From Escherichia coli (lineage in GTDB: Bacteria > Pseudomonadota > Gammaproteobacteria > Enterobacterales > Enterobacteriaceae): a stretch of DNA of 64,000 bases. Location: assembly GCF_003790525.1 (NCBI RefSeq), contig NZ_CP033635.1, one strand, 5' to 3'. The position numbers and the translations under genes were made by a program. The notes under the pieces were generated by a model. It was not told the origin of the DNA. It made no database searches and was given only the letters and a program-made list of their open reading frames with translations. Below are positions 33,336 through 42,727 of this stretch, piece after piece. Positions within the stretch are counted from its first letter, which is position 1; every line of letters begins with the position of its first letter.

Positions 33336-34136
33336 TTACGATAAATAGAGCTTACGCAGATAATGCGGCACTGCGTCCTCGGCGTTAGTACCAATCACTT
33401 CCAGTTCCGGATGCAGATCTTTCAGACGCTGGTGCGCACTGCCCATAATGCAGCCTTTCCCCGCCATCGACAGCATTTCGGCGTCGTTCATGCCATCGCC
33501 AAAGGCAATACAATCTTGCAGGCTGTAGCCCAGTTTCTTCGCCACCGCTTCCAGCGCATGGCCTTTCGACACGCCGCCCGCCATCACTTCCAGACAGGTT
33601 AAGGTAGAGAAACTAACGTTGACGCGATCGCCCCAGCGAGCATTAATCGCCTGCTCCAGCGGCAGCAGTTGTTCATGGGAATCGCAGGTGAAGAACACTT
33701 TGCTGACGCCTTCCGGCTCCAGTAATCCCGGCTCATACAGCGCATATTTGAATACCGCTTCTTTAAAAAAGCGCATCTCTTCCGGGCGATGACGATTCAT
33801 AAACCATTCGTCGTCGCGATAAACGTTAGTAATGATGTCCGGATTGTCGTTGACTACGCCAAACAGATCGCTGGCAATATCGCGATCCAGGTTATGAGCA
33901 AAAATCAGATTGCCATCCAGATCGTGAACGCGCGCGCCATTGGAGGTAATCATGTAAGACTTAATCTCCAGATTATCGCGAATTTGCCCCACATCAACGT
34001 GGTGACGACCGGTCGCAAATACAAAGTTGATGCCGCGCGCGGTGAGCAGCTTCAGAGTTTCTTTGGCGTAAGGGGATAACGTATGGTCGGGAGAAAGTAA
34101 CGTGCCATCTAAATCAGACGCAACAACCTGGTACAT
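33336..34136 (-). CDS. yigL: HAD-family sugar-phosphate phosphatase YigL
   Basis: The Met at 34136 (MYQVVASDLDGTLL...) gives the 266-aa K-12 length and carries the HAD motif I DLDGT. The ORF-track 308-aa form would overlap pldB. Confidence 0.94.
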   Translation of the reverse strand: MYQVVASDLDGTLLSPDHTLSPYAKETLKLLTARGINFVFATGRHHVDVGQIRDNLEIKSYMITSNGARVHDLDGNLIFAHNLDRDIASDLFGVVNDNPDIITNVYRDDEWFMNRHRPEEMRFFKEAVFKYALYEPGLLEPEGVSKVFFTCDSHEQLLPLEQAINARWGDRVNVSFSTLTCLEVMAGGVSKGHALEAVAKKLGYSLQDCIAFGDGMNDAEMLSMAGKGCIMGSAHQRLKDLHPELEVIGTNAEDAVPHYLRKLYLS

Positions 34137-34143
34137 AAGAAAT

Positions 34144-35166
34144 TTAAACCTCTGTAGAGCGGTTTCCGCTGGGTGAGTTATGCCTGTTGAAAAAATCAAC
34201 GATAGCGTGGAGCGCGACTGAGCGCATTGCGTCCTTTTCAAAAAGGATCTCATGGTACGCACCTTTAATTACCAACGGCCGTCCTCCTTCGACAGGATGG
34301 CCCGCAGCGGTGCGTAGTTCACAAAAACGGTCGTGCATGCGGTTATCCACCACGCGTTCCTCTTCAGCTTGTAAGAGAAGCGTTGGCGTGGCGTCATCAC
34401 CCGCACCGGCTAACACCTGTTCGCCAGCCAGAATACTTTCGCGTACCCAATGGTAGGTCGGCCCACCGACGCGAATCGTTGGGTCATCAGCATAAAAGCG
34501 TAAGTTACGTCGATATCGCTGTCTGCTGTGGGTCAGTACGTTGATAGCAAACGGCAACGCGCGCCAGCGCCCGGTGCCTATTGCATAGCCATCACGGAAA
34601 CGTGGATGCGCTTCGGCCCAGTTGAGGATCTGCCGTGCCATAAATGACGGCATACGAATCACGATCCCAAACATTGGCGCAGTTAGCGCAATGGCGTCAC
34701 ATACACCTGGATGGCGTTGCAGAAATAATGTGGAGATCGCACCGCCCATTGAATGTGCCAGTATATAGCGTTTACGCCACGGACCGGGCTGAACCTCCTG
34801 CTGCCAGAATGCCGCCAGATCATCAACATAATCATTAAAGCGATTAACATGCCCGAGATGCGGATCGGCTAACAGGCGACCGGAACGTCCCTGCCCGCGA
34901 TGGTCGATGATTAAGACATCAAACCCCAAATGGAACAGGTCATAGGCCAGTTCCGCATATTTTACGTAGCTCTCAATACGCCCCGGGCAGATGACTACCA
35001 CCCGGTCATGGTGCTGTGCGCGAAAACGGACAAAGCGCACCGGAATGTCATCCACACCAGTAAATTCTGCTTCATCACGCTGACGCCAGAAATCAGTCAG
35101 CGGTCCCATGGTAAAAGCAGCAAACGCGTTTTCTCTTGTTTCCCAGTCTTTTTGCTGCTGAAACAT
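34144..35166 (-). CDS. pldB: Lysophospholipase L2 PldB
   Basis: 340 aa, alpha/beta hydrolase with the GHSMGG nucleophile elbow. Its stop is 7 nt before the yigL start (the known pldB-yigL operon). Confidence 0.96.
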   Translation of the reverse strand: MFQQQKDWETRENAFAAFTMGPLTDFWRQRDEAEFTGVDDIPVRFVRFRAQHHDRVVVICPGRIESYVKYAELAYDLFHLGFDVLIIDHRGQGRSGRLLADPHLGHVNRFNDYVDDLAAFWQQEVQPGPWRKRYILAHSMGGAISTLFLQRHPGVCDAIALTAPMFGIVIRMPSFMARQILNWAEAHPRFRDGYAIGTGRWRALPFAINVLTHSRQRYRRNLRFYADDPTIRVGGPTYHWVRESILAGEQVLAGAGDDATPTLLLQAEEERVVDNRMHDRFCELRTAAGHPVEGGRPLVIKGAYHEILFEKDAMRSVALHAIVDFFNRHNSPSGNRSTEV

Positions 35167-35276
35167 CGGGTAATCTGCCTCTTAAACCACGTAAAATCGT
35201 TTTTTTAAGCGTGCCTGACACAACGCTGCGACAGTAGCGTATTGTGGCACAAAAATAGACACACCGGGAGTTCATC

Positions 35277-35897
35277 ATGACCTTAGAATGGTGGTTTGCC
35301 TACCTGCTGACATCGATCATTTTAAGCCTGTCGCCAGGCTCTGGCGCAATCAACACCATGACCACCTCGCTCAACCACGGTTATCGCGGCGCGGTGGCGT
35401 CTATTGCTGGGCTTCAGACCGGACTGGCGATTCATATTGTGCTGGTTGGCGTGGGGTTGGGGACGCTATTTTCCCGCTCAGTGATTGCGTTTGAAGTGTT
35501 GAAGTGGGCAGGCGCAGCTTACTTGATTTGGCTGGGAATACAGCAATGGCGCGCCGCTGGTGCAATTGACCTTAAATCGCCAGCCTCTACTCAATCGCGC
35601 CGACATTTGTTCCAGCGCGCAGTTTTTGTGAATCTTACCAATCCCAAAAGTATTGTGTTTCTGGCGGCGCTATTTCCGCAATTCATCATGCCGCAGCAGC
35701 CACAACTGATGCAGTATATCGTGCTCGGCGTCACCACTATTGTGGTCGATATTATTGTGATGATCGGTTACGCCACCCTTGCTCAACGGATTGCTCTATG
35801 GATTAAAGGACCAAAGCAGATGAAGGCGCTGAATAAGATTTTCGGCTCGTTGTTTATGCTGGTGGGAGCGCTGTTAGCATCGGCGAGGCATGCGTGA
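35277..35897 (+). CDS. rhtC: Threonine efflux protein RhtC (LysE/RhtB family)
   Basis: 206 aa starting [28 protein letters not shown]. Confidence 0.95.
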   Translation: MTLEWWFAYLLTSIILSLSPGSGAINTMTTSLNHGYRGAVASIAGLQTGLAIHIVLVGVGLGTLFSRSVIAFEVLKWAGAAYLIWLGIQQWRAAGAIDLKSPASTQSRRHLFQRAVFVNLTNPKSIVFLAALFPQFIMPQQPQLMQYIVLGVTTIVVDIIVMIGYATLAQRIALWIKGPKQMKALNKIFGSLFMLVGALLASARHA

Positions 35898-35906
35898 AAA
35901 ATAATG

Positions 35907-35939
35907 TCGGATGCGGCGTAAACGCCTTATCCGACTTAC
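35907..35939. repeat. REP element between rhtC and rhtB
   Basis: gtcggatgcggcgtaaacgccttatccgacttac, a canonical REP palindrome. Confidence 0.85.
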
Positions 35940-35958
35940 TCTGATGACGCGTCTGGCA

Positions 35959-36579
35959 TCAACGCGAAATAATCAAATGAATGCCAAATCCGGCAAATAA
36001 CGCCCCGGCAAAACCATCAATCCACTTCGCCAGACGTTGATAACCACGGCGCATTTGCGGCAGGGCAAACAGGCTGGCAACGACGGTAAACCACGCCAGT
36101 GTTTCGATAATAATCAACGCGAAAATGCCCCAGCGCTCAGTGGTGCCGACGTTATCGCCGACAAACAGCGAGAATACCGAACCAAAGTAGATAATCGCTT
36201 TCGGATTGGCGAGATTGGTCAGTAAGCCTTTCAGGAAACTGCGCCCGCTTTTTGCCAGCTCAACCTGTGGTGCAGGCGCAGAAACCGCCTCTTTTTTCAG
36301 TGCACCGCGTAGCATCTGGTAACCCATCCAGCAGAGATACAGGCCACCGCCCACCATAATCAGCGTATGCAGCCAGGCCATTTTTTCGATAATCAAATGT
36401 AGGCCAAGCAACGCAATCCCAGCCCAAACCATTACGCCGCAGGTAATGCCCAGCACGCCCATCATCGCTTCTTTACGGGAACGACTGACAGCGGTCTGAG
36501 AGACAAAAAAGAAATCGGGACCGGGGCTCATAAGCGCCACAATGTGCACCATGGCGACGGTGAGGAATAACATCAACAT
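35959..36579 (-). CDS. rhtB: Homoserine/homoserine-lactone efflux protein RhtB
   Basis: 206 aa starting MLMLFLTVAMVHIVALMSPGPDFFFV. LysE/RhtB family. Confidence 0.95.
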   Translation of the reverse strand: MLMLFLTVAMVHIVALMSPGPDFFFVSQTAVSRSRKEAMMGVLGITCGVMVWAGIALLGLHLIIEKMAWLHTLIMVGGGLYLCWMGYQMLRGALKKEAVSAPAPQVELAKSGRSFLKGLLTNLANPKAIIYFGSVFSLFVGDNVGTTERWGIFALIIIETLAWFTVVASLFALPQMRRGYQRLAKWIDGFAGALFAGFGIHLIISR

Positions 36580-36642
36580 ACATTAGACTCGCGGGGGAAA
36601 CGTTTACGGAGTCTTCATCCTGGCACTTTTTTATGCTGCTGA

Positions 36643-38472
36643 CTACTCTTCGTCGTCACCATCGACATGCGCGCGGATAAGCGCCATAAACGGTTTACCA
36701 AAGCGTTCCAGCTTGCGCATCCCAACGCCGTTAACGCTGAGCATTTCGCTGGCGGTGATCGGCATCTGTTCAGCCATCTCAATCAAGGTTGCGTCGTTAA
36801 ACACCACGTACGGCGGGACATTGCTTTCATCGGCAATCGATTTACGCAGTTTGCGTAATTTGGCGAACAGTTTGCGATCATAGTTGCCGCCGAAGGATTT
36901 CTGCATCGCTTTCGGTTTGAGCGCCACGATACGCGGCACGGCAAGTTGCAAAGAGGATTCGCCGCGCAGCACCGGACGCGCAGCCTCTGTCAGTTGTAGG
37001 GCAGAATGCTGGGCAATATTTTGCGTCACCAGGCCGAGGTGAATCAGCTGGCGGATCACGCTCACCCAATGTTCATGGCTTTTATCACGGCCCATGCCAT
37101 AGACTTTCAGTTTGTCATGACCATAGTCGCGGATACGCTGATTATTAGCACCGCGAATAACTTCCACCACATAGCCCATCCCAAACCGCTGATTCACACG
37201 ACCAATGGTGGAAAGGGCAATCTGAGCATCGGTTGAACCATCGTATTGTTTCGGCGGATCGAGGCAGATATCGCAGTTCCCGCACGGCTCCTGCCGCCCT
37301 TCGCCAAAGTAGTTCAGCAGCACCAGACGACGGCAAGTTTGCGCTTCGGCAAACGCGCCCATCGCATTGAGTTTATGGCGCTCGATATCCTGCAATTGCC
37401 CCTGCGGCTTCTCTTCCAGACAACGGCGTAGCCACGCCATATCGGCCGGATCGTAAAACAGCATCGCTTCCGCGGGCAGGCCATCACGCCCGGCGCGACC
37501 GGTTTCCTGATAATAGGATTCGATATTGCGCGGAATATCAAAGTGGACCACGAAGCGGACGTTAGGCTTGTTGATGCCCATGCCAAACGCCACGGTCGCC
37601 ACCACAATTTGCAGGTCATCGCGCTGAAATTTTTCCTGCACGTCGGCGCGGACATTATTTTCCAGCCCGGCATGATAGGCCGCCGCGCTAATACCCTTGC
37701 TTTGCAGGCGCGCAGCGGTGTCTTCTACTTTCGCCCGGCTGTTGCAGTAGATAATGCCGGACTTACCGCGCTGTTCCTGCACGTAGCGCATCAACTGATC
37801 GAGCGGTTTGAACTTCTCCATCAGCATGTAGCGAATATTCGGACGATCAAAACTGCTGATTTGAATCAGCGGATCGTTCAGCCCCAGCAGGCGCACGATA
37901 TCCTGGCGCGTGGTGTCATCGGCTGTGGCAGTCAGCGCCATAAACGGCAGCGTCGGAAAACGCTGACGCAGCTGACCGAGGGCAGCGTATTCCGGGCGGA
38001 AATCGTGACCCCATTGGGAGATACAGTGCGCTTCATCAACGGCTAATAACACCGGATTCCAGTGCGCCAGATGCTCAAGAAAGTTATCCAGCATCAGGCG
38101 TTCCGGCGCGATATAAAGCAGGCGGATTTGCCCGGTGCGACAGCCTGTCATCACTTCAAGTTGCTGCTCGCGGGTTTGCGTCGAGTTAAGGCACACCGCC
38201 GCCACGCCGTTGGCTTGCAGTTGATCCACCTGATCTTTCATCAACGAAATCAGCGGTGAAACAACCACGGTAAGGCCGTTTAGCAATAAGGCAGGGATTT
38301 GATAGCAAAGGGATTTTCCGCCACCAGTGGGCATGACAACGAGGCAATCGCGGCCGGAAAGCACAGTGTCGATAATTTCTTCCTGGCCGGGGCGAAACTG
38401 TTGGTAGCCAAAGGTTTCTTGTAAAACCTGTTTAGCCCCGGACTCCAGATTCAACACTTCCGCCTGCGCCAC
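36643..38472 (-). CDS. recQ: ATP-dependent DNA helicase RecQ (GTG start)
   Basis: The helicase motifs are present ([19 protein letters not shown] and HRDC regions). There are two in-frame GTGs at 38478 and 38472. The K-12 609-aa form ([11 protein letters not shown]...) corresponds to 38472. Confidence 0.95.
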   Translation of the reverse strand: MAQAEVLNLESGAKQVLQETFGYQQFRPGQEEIIDTVLSGRDCLVVMPTGGGKSLCYQIPALLLNGLTVVVSPLISLMKDQVDQLQANGVAAVCLNSTQTREQQLEVMTGCRTGQIRLLYIAPERLMLDNFLEHLAHWNPVLLAVDEAHCISQWGHDFRPEYAALGQLRQRFPTLPFMALTATADDTTRQDIVRLLGLNDPLIQISSFDRPNIRYMLMEKFKPLDQLMRYVQEQRGKSGIIYCNSRAKVEDTAARLQSKGISAAAYHAGLENNVRADVQEKFQRDDLQIVVATVAFGMGINKPNVRFVVHFDIPRNIESYYQETGRAGRDGLPAEAMLFYDPADMAWLRRCLEEKPQGQLQDIERHKLNAMGAFAEAQTCRRLVLLNYFGEGRQEPCGNCDICLDPPKQYDGSTDAQIALSTIGRVNQRFGMGYVVEVIRGANNQRIRDYGHDKLKVYGMGRDKSHEHWVSVIRQLIHLGLVTQNIAQHSALQLTEAARPVLRGESSLQLAVPRIVALKPKAMQKSFGGNYDRKLFAKLRKLRKSIADESNVPPYVVFNDATLIEMAEQMPITASEMLSVNGVGMRKLERFGKPFMALIRAHVDGDDEE

Positions 38473-38490
38473 ATTCACCCCGATTGCCTG

Positions 38491-38521
38491 AAATAAAAAC
38501 AGGCGCTATTTTCAGCGCCTG
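38491..38521 (-). terminator. pldA Rho-independent terminator
   Basis: Minus-strand reading is CAGGCGCT-gaaaat-AGCGCCTG followed by TTTTTATTT. In plus coordinates the stem is 38500-38507 / 38514-38521 and the A-run is 38491-38499. Confidence 0.8.
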
Positions 38522-38596
38522 CGCGAGAAACTGCAATGCTTTTAGTCTCTGAGAGGGTAATCCTGGATGCTGGATTCCAGATTTGCCAACCATTCA

Positions 38597-39466
38597 TCAA
38601 AACAGGTCGTTTAGCATAACTCCCACACCAACGCGGGTCTGGTTGAAGTTATAGTCGATGAGCGATTCGCCATAGCCGCTGTAAACCTGAGTATAAAGGC
38701 GCACATGTTTGGTGATCGGGTAACTTAAGCCTAACTCCGCGCCGCCGTAGCCCGTGTTCCAGTTGTACTGTCCTTTCGCACTCAACACCGCATCACCGAG
38801 GTGATAGCCGATTTTAAGCTGGTAGTAACCCATATATTTGGTGATATCCGGGTTATCGTCAGTATTACCCACCACATACCACGGCTTCACCTCTACCAGC
38901 CAGTTACCGTTTTCTGCCATCAGGCGTGTATAAAGGCGGTTCCAGCTGCGGGAGGTCGGGTCTGAACGCCCGTTAGAGTCGTGGTTATAACCCATCTCCA
39001 CATCGCGCAGCGTCCAACCTGCAAAACGGTAATCGGTGGCAAAACCGAGGAACAATTGCGGTTCGTAGTTGGTTTCACGAAACGGTGAAGACTCTTCGCT
39101 ATTGGACAGTTGCCACCAGGATTTTTGCGTGTAAGACGCACCCAATACCGAGTTCGGGCCTAAAATCCCACGCCACAGCGGAAATGCCAGGCTCAACTGA
39201 AACTTTACTTCATCCTTACGCGCATTTTCCGCCCAGTCGTAACTGGCAATCGCTTCTTTATTCAGATCGCTGGTTTGGGTGTAGATGATGTAGTTGGTGT
39301 CATAAGGATAAAGGGTGAACGGATTGTCATGCTCCTGCAGCATATTGGCGATAATACTGCCACGCACCGCTGGCGCGTCATGCACCTCTTTCACCGTTGC
39401 CTCTTGTGCATATACTGCCATAGGCAACATAAACACCGGCAACAACCAGCCCTGCAGAGTCCGCAT
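38597..39466 (-). CDS. pldA: Outer-membrane phospholipase A PldA
   Basis: 289 aa with a signal peptide (…PMAVYA|QE) and the beta-barrel OMPLA sequence with the YNHDSNG active-site region. Confidence 0.97.
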   Translation of the reverse strand: MRTLQGWLLPVFMLPMAVYAQEATVKEVHDAPAVRGSIIANMLQEHDNPFTLYPYDTNYIIYTQTSDLNKEAIASYDWAENARKDEVKFQLSLAFPLWRGILGPNSVLGASYTQKSWWQLSNSEESSPFRETNYEPQLFLGFATDYRFAGWTLRDVEMGYNHDSNGRSDPTSRSWNRLYTRLMAENGNWLVEVKPWYVVGNTDDNPDITKYMGYYQLKIGYHLGDAVLSAKGQYNWNTGYGGAELGLSYPITKHVRLYTQVYSGYGESLIDYNFNQTRVGVGVMLNDLF

Positions 39467-39630
39467 CGCTCGTGTTCTCCGTAACGAATTATTGATAAGG
39501 TGAATATTTTTCTGCGGGCTATTTTACATACTTAACTCCATAGCCGTTAGTTATCCCTTCCTAAAGTAGAAATCAACAATAAAGAAGCATAAAATCAACA
39601 TTTCATTAACTAATGAAGTGTAAGGATGAT

Positions 39631-40098
39631 ATGTCTGCCGTACTGACCGCTGAACAAGCCCTGAAATTAGTGGGTGAGATGTTTGTTTATCACATGCCGT
39701 TTAACCGCGCATTGGGGATGGAACTGGAGCGTTACGAAAAAGAGTTCGCACAGCTGGCCTTTAAAAATCAGCCAATGATGGTGGGTAACTGGGCGCAAAG
39801 CATTTTGCACGGCGGGGTCATTGCGTCGGCGCTGGATGTCGCCGCCGGTCTGGTGTGCGTGGGAAGTACCTTAACCCGCCACGAAACCATCAGTGAAGAT
39901 GAACTACGCCAGCGGCTATCGCGGATGGGGACCATTGATCTTCGCGTCGATTATCTGCGCCCAGGCAGAGGCGAGCGTTTTACTGCTACCAGTAGCCTGT
40001 TACGTGCAGGCAATAAAGTCGCCGTCGCCCGCGTTGAATTACACAATGAAGAACAGCTTTATATTGCCAGTGCCACCGCCACCTATATGGTAGGTTGA
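39631..40098 (+). CDS. yigI: Hotdog-fold acyl-CoA thioesterase YigI
   Basis: The Met at 39631 ([18 protein letters not shown]...) gives 155 aa, as in K-12. PaaI/4HBT-like fold. Confidence 0.92.
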   Translation: MSAVLTAEQALKLVGEMFVYHMPFNRALGMELERYEKEFAQLAFKNQPMMVGNWAQSILHGGVIASALDVAAGLVCVGSTLTRHETISEDELRQRLSRMGTIDLRVDYLRPGRGERFTATSSLLRAGNKVAVARVELHNEEQLYIASATATYMVG

Positions 40099-40149
40099 AG
40101 ACATAAAAGCAGGTAAACTGCTGTTACCAATTAAAAATGAGTATTCCCG

Positions 40150-41040
40150 ATGGATGCAAAACAAACGCGGCAGGGCGTATTACTCGCTCTTGCCGCTTAT
40201 TTTATTTGGGGTATTGCGCCAGCGTACTTCAAGCTGATTTACTACGTGCCCGCCGATGAGATCCTGACGCATCGCGTGATCTGGTCGTTTTTCTTTATGG
40301 TGGTGCTGATGAGCATTTGCCGCCAGTGGTCCTATTTAAAAACGCTGATTCAGACGCCACAGAAAATTTTTATGCTGGCAGTCTCTGCCGTGCTGATTGG
40401 TGGCAACTGGCTACTGTTTATCTGGGCGGTGAACAATCACCATATGCTGGAAGCGAGCCTTGGTTACTTTATTAACCCACTGGTGAACATTGTGCTGGGG
40501 ATGATTTTCCTCGGCGAGCGATTCCGCCGGATGCAATGGCTGGCGGTGATTCTGGCGATATGTGGCGTGTTGGTTCAGTTGTGGACTTTTGGTTCACTGC
40601 CGATTATCGCGCTGGGGCTGGCGTTTAGTTTTGCCTTCTACGGCCTGGTACGCAAGAAGATTGCTGTTGAAGCGCAAACCGGCATGTTAATCGAAACTAT
40701 GTGGTTGCTGCCCGTGGCGGCGATTTACCTGTTTGCTATTGCCGACAGCTCAACCAGCCATATGGGGCAAAACCCGATGTCGCTGAATTTACTGCTGATC
40801 GCCGCCGGTATTGTCACTACCGTACCGCTGTTGTGTTTTACTGCGGCTGCGACACGCCTGCGTCTCTCAACGTTAGGCTTTTTTCAGTACATTGGCCCGA
40901 CGCTGATGTTCCTGCTGGCTGTGACGTTTTATGGTGAAAAACCGGGTGCCGATAAGATGGTAACCTTCGCCTTTATTTGGGTGGCGCTGGCAATTTTTGT
41001 GATGGATGCGATTTATACGCAGCGTAGAACGTCCAAATAA
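40150..41040 (+). CDS. rarD: EamA/DMT-family membrane protein RarD
   Basis: 296 aa with 10 TM helices, starting MDAKQTRQGVLLALAAYFIWGIAPAYFK. Confidence 0.95.
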   Translation: MDAKQTRQGVLLALAAYFIWGIAPAYFKLIYYVPADEILTHRVIWSFFFMVVLMSICRQWSYLKTLIQTPQKIFMLAVSAVLIGGNWLLFIWAVNNHHMLEASLGYFINPLVNIVLGMIFLGERFRRMQWLAVILAICGVLVQLWTFGSLPIIALGLAFSFAFYGLVRKKIAVEAQTGMLIETMWLLPVAAIYLFAIADSSTSHMGQNPMSLNLLLIAAGIVTTVPLLCFTAAATRLRLSTLGFFQYIGPTLMFLLAVTFYGEKPGADKMVTFAFIWVALAIFVMDAIYTQRRTSK

Positions 41041-41055
41041 AAAATAAATATATTC

Positions 41056-41095
41056 TGAAAAAATATGCCGACTCTTGCATGAGAGTGGGCATATT
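41056..41095 (-). terminator. Orphan minus-strand Rho-independent terminator just after the rarD stop
   Basis: The stem is AATATGCCgACTCT (41062-41075) / AGAGTgGGCATATT (41082-41095), 13 bp with one G-G mismatch and a 6-nt loop. The only U-run lies on the minus-strand side (plus-strand AAAAAA at 41056-41061). Confidence 0.5.
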
Positions 41096-41349
41096 GCCAT
41101 GCTGACAGGAGACTCACATAAGGAAAGGCAGAATTTCCAGACGTCGTTGTATATTTTCATTTGCTTTAATAAATTTCATTTTTGGTAAATTCAGCATTAT
41201 GTTATTAGCGATGAGCAAGACCAATCATTAACCAAGTTCTCTTCAGAATGTAATGAAAAATGTGAAGTGCATTTCTTTTTTAAAATTTTTTACCCTATTA
41301 TTTCTTATCAAATTAACATTGCCCTTAATTATAAGAAAGGAGAATATAA

Positions 41350-42198
41350 ATGAACAACATATTAGGCTCATCAATTAATATGCCCTGTACACTTTTCGAA
41401 ACTATTACTTTATTCGATGATTTTTCTGCTGATGATATGCAGTATGGGGATATGGAAGAACAAGATTTTCTCTCACTCGGCTTAAGCGACATCTCTGCAA
41501 AAGTTGATCCTTACCGCCTCATTAAATACCATTTTCCTGGGCCGAATTCTACTTATGGTGCTTTTAGTGTTCCAACTTCTGGAACAAAAATATCACAAAG
41601 TGAATGTATTGATATTTTATTTGCAGAAATGAAAGATCTGGCAAAAATGTTTTCCTTTTTTGGACAATACAAAACACTCATCCAGGATCTGATTGATCAT
41701 TTTAGATATGGAAATGGCAACAGTTTCCATAGCCAGGAATTGAACTTATCTTTTCATGAACGAATAAACAAATATGATTATAATAGCCCAATACGTGTAA
41801 TCAAAGAATGTATCGAAAATGATATTTCTTCAACACCTACGATAGGATACCGGCCTCTTCTCCTACAAAAGATTAAGACCGAATTACTTTCATCAAGACT
41901 AAATAAATTCAATGATTTTAAAGATAATTTTAATGGCATGGGAATCAGCATTCATGATATCTCAGCTCAAAAAATATCTCTTTTAAATTTTCAAAAATAT
42001 CCTATGGGCTGGAGCGCTACCATTCATTTCATAGCACAAGACCACTTTGGTTTGGATGTGACTGATATAAAAAACAAGATTTACAACAAGTATAGATTTT
42101 TTCGCATATGGTTCTTTTTACAACGGCATAAAGACTTTGCTTTCAAACCTTTTTTCACCAATTTTAACACTATCGAAAGAATCGAAAATTATCTATGA
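41350..42198 (+). CDS. Hypothetical protein, probably DUF3289 family; no signal peptide
   Basis: 282-aa ORF in an AT-rich islet, with AAGGAG 7 nt upstream. The motifs FNGMGISIHD, QDHFGLD, FRFFRIWFFLQR and FKPFFTNF resemble DUF3289 proteins as I remember them (unverified). Confidence 0.7.
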   Translation: MNNILGSSINMPCTLFETITLFDDFSADDMQYGDMEEQDFLSLGLSDISAKVDPYRLIKYHFPGPNSTYGAFSVPTSGTKISQSECIDILFAEMKDLAKMFSFFGQYKTLIQDLIDHFRYGNGNSFHSQELNLSFHERINKYDYNSPIRVIKECIENDISSTPTIGYRPLLLQKIKTELLSSRLNKFNDFKDNFNGMGISIHDISAQKISLLNFQKYPMGWSATIHFIAQDHFGLDVTDIKNKIYNKYRFFRIWFFLQRHKDFAFKPFFTNFNTIERIENYL

Positions 42199-42692
42199 AA
42201 AGAAAACTCCAGAAAATTATATTATATTTATTTCTTCTATGCTGCATCTATAATTTATGGACATTGCGTCCTGTACAGATTTTGTATACATACTCTGATG
42301 CTGGCAATTCAGTCTTTCTGGTCGTTGATCATCTGCCATGGACTGACAGCGATAAAATAAATTGGTATCTGAAGCATCAGAATGAAATTAAAAATCAACA
42401 CCCCCTACCAGAAGGTAGTTGGCATACCTGGTATGTTATTGATATCGGTAATGGCTTCACTGACTATAAAAAATATATCGAAGGGCCGTATGAAGATCTC
42501 TACTGTTTCCCGACGATTAAGAGCAATGATAATTGCATCGTAAAAAACTATTTAATGGTTATTAATGAATATCCTTACCGTAATACTCATTTTTTTATTG
42601 CTGATAACAATGAGTATCAACTAACCCAGGAAAATAAGATAGAGCGAGTGTTCAACCCGCATGACTTTGAAAAAGACAATTTTCAGCAATAA
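42195..42692 (+). CDS. Hypothetical membrane-anchored protein, probably DUF943 family
   Basis: 165 aa. The ATG overlaps the upstream TGA (ATGA at 42195-42198). It has an N-terminal signal-anchor, KIILYLFLLCCIYNLWTL. LPWTDSDKINWYLKHQ resembles the DUF943 FPFTDKGKINWWLKN (from memory). Confidence 0.65.
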   Translation: MKRKLQKIILYLFLLCCIYNLWTLRPVQILYTYSDAGNSVFLVVDHLPWTDSDKINWYLKHQNEIKNQHPLPEGSWHTWYVIDIGNGFTDYKKYIEGPYEDLYCFPTIKSNDNCIVKNYLMVINEYPYRNTHFFIADNNEYQLTQENKIERVFNPHDFEKDNFQQ

Positions 42693-42720
42693 GCCGGATA
42701 AAGAACAATCTTTACCCGGC
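42693..42720. terminator. Stem-loop between the convergent DUF943-like gene and corA
   Basis: GCCGGaTAAAGA (42693-42704), loop ACAA, TCTTTAcCCGGC (42709-42720), with one A-C mismatch. Flanks are AT-rich on both sides. Confidence 0.55.
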
Positions 42721-42727
42721 ATTTATA

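Noticed and set aside
34137-34262. N-terminal extension of yigL (308 aa) overlapping the pldB 3' end
   Set aside because: The internal Met at 34136 gives the 266-aa HAD phosphatase with the DLDGT motif at its expected N-terminal position. The extension has no conserved look. Similar over-extensions were trimmed for fre, tatA, tatD, ubiJ, corA, hemC, aslB, yigI, udp and dlhH.
40873-41160. 95-aa minus-strand ORF spanning the rarD 3' end and the orphan terminator
   Set aside because: It runs straight through the terminator hairpin and into rarD antisense, so it cannot be the product of a transcript ending at 41056. The sequence is Cys/His/Arg-rich with no TM or toxin-like character. The terminator itself is kept as a finding.
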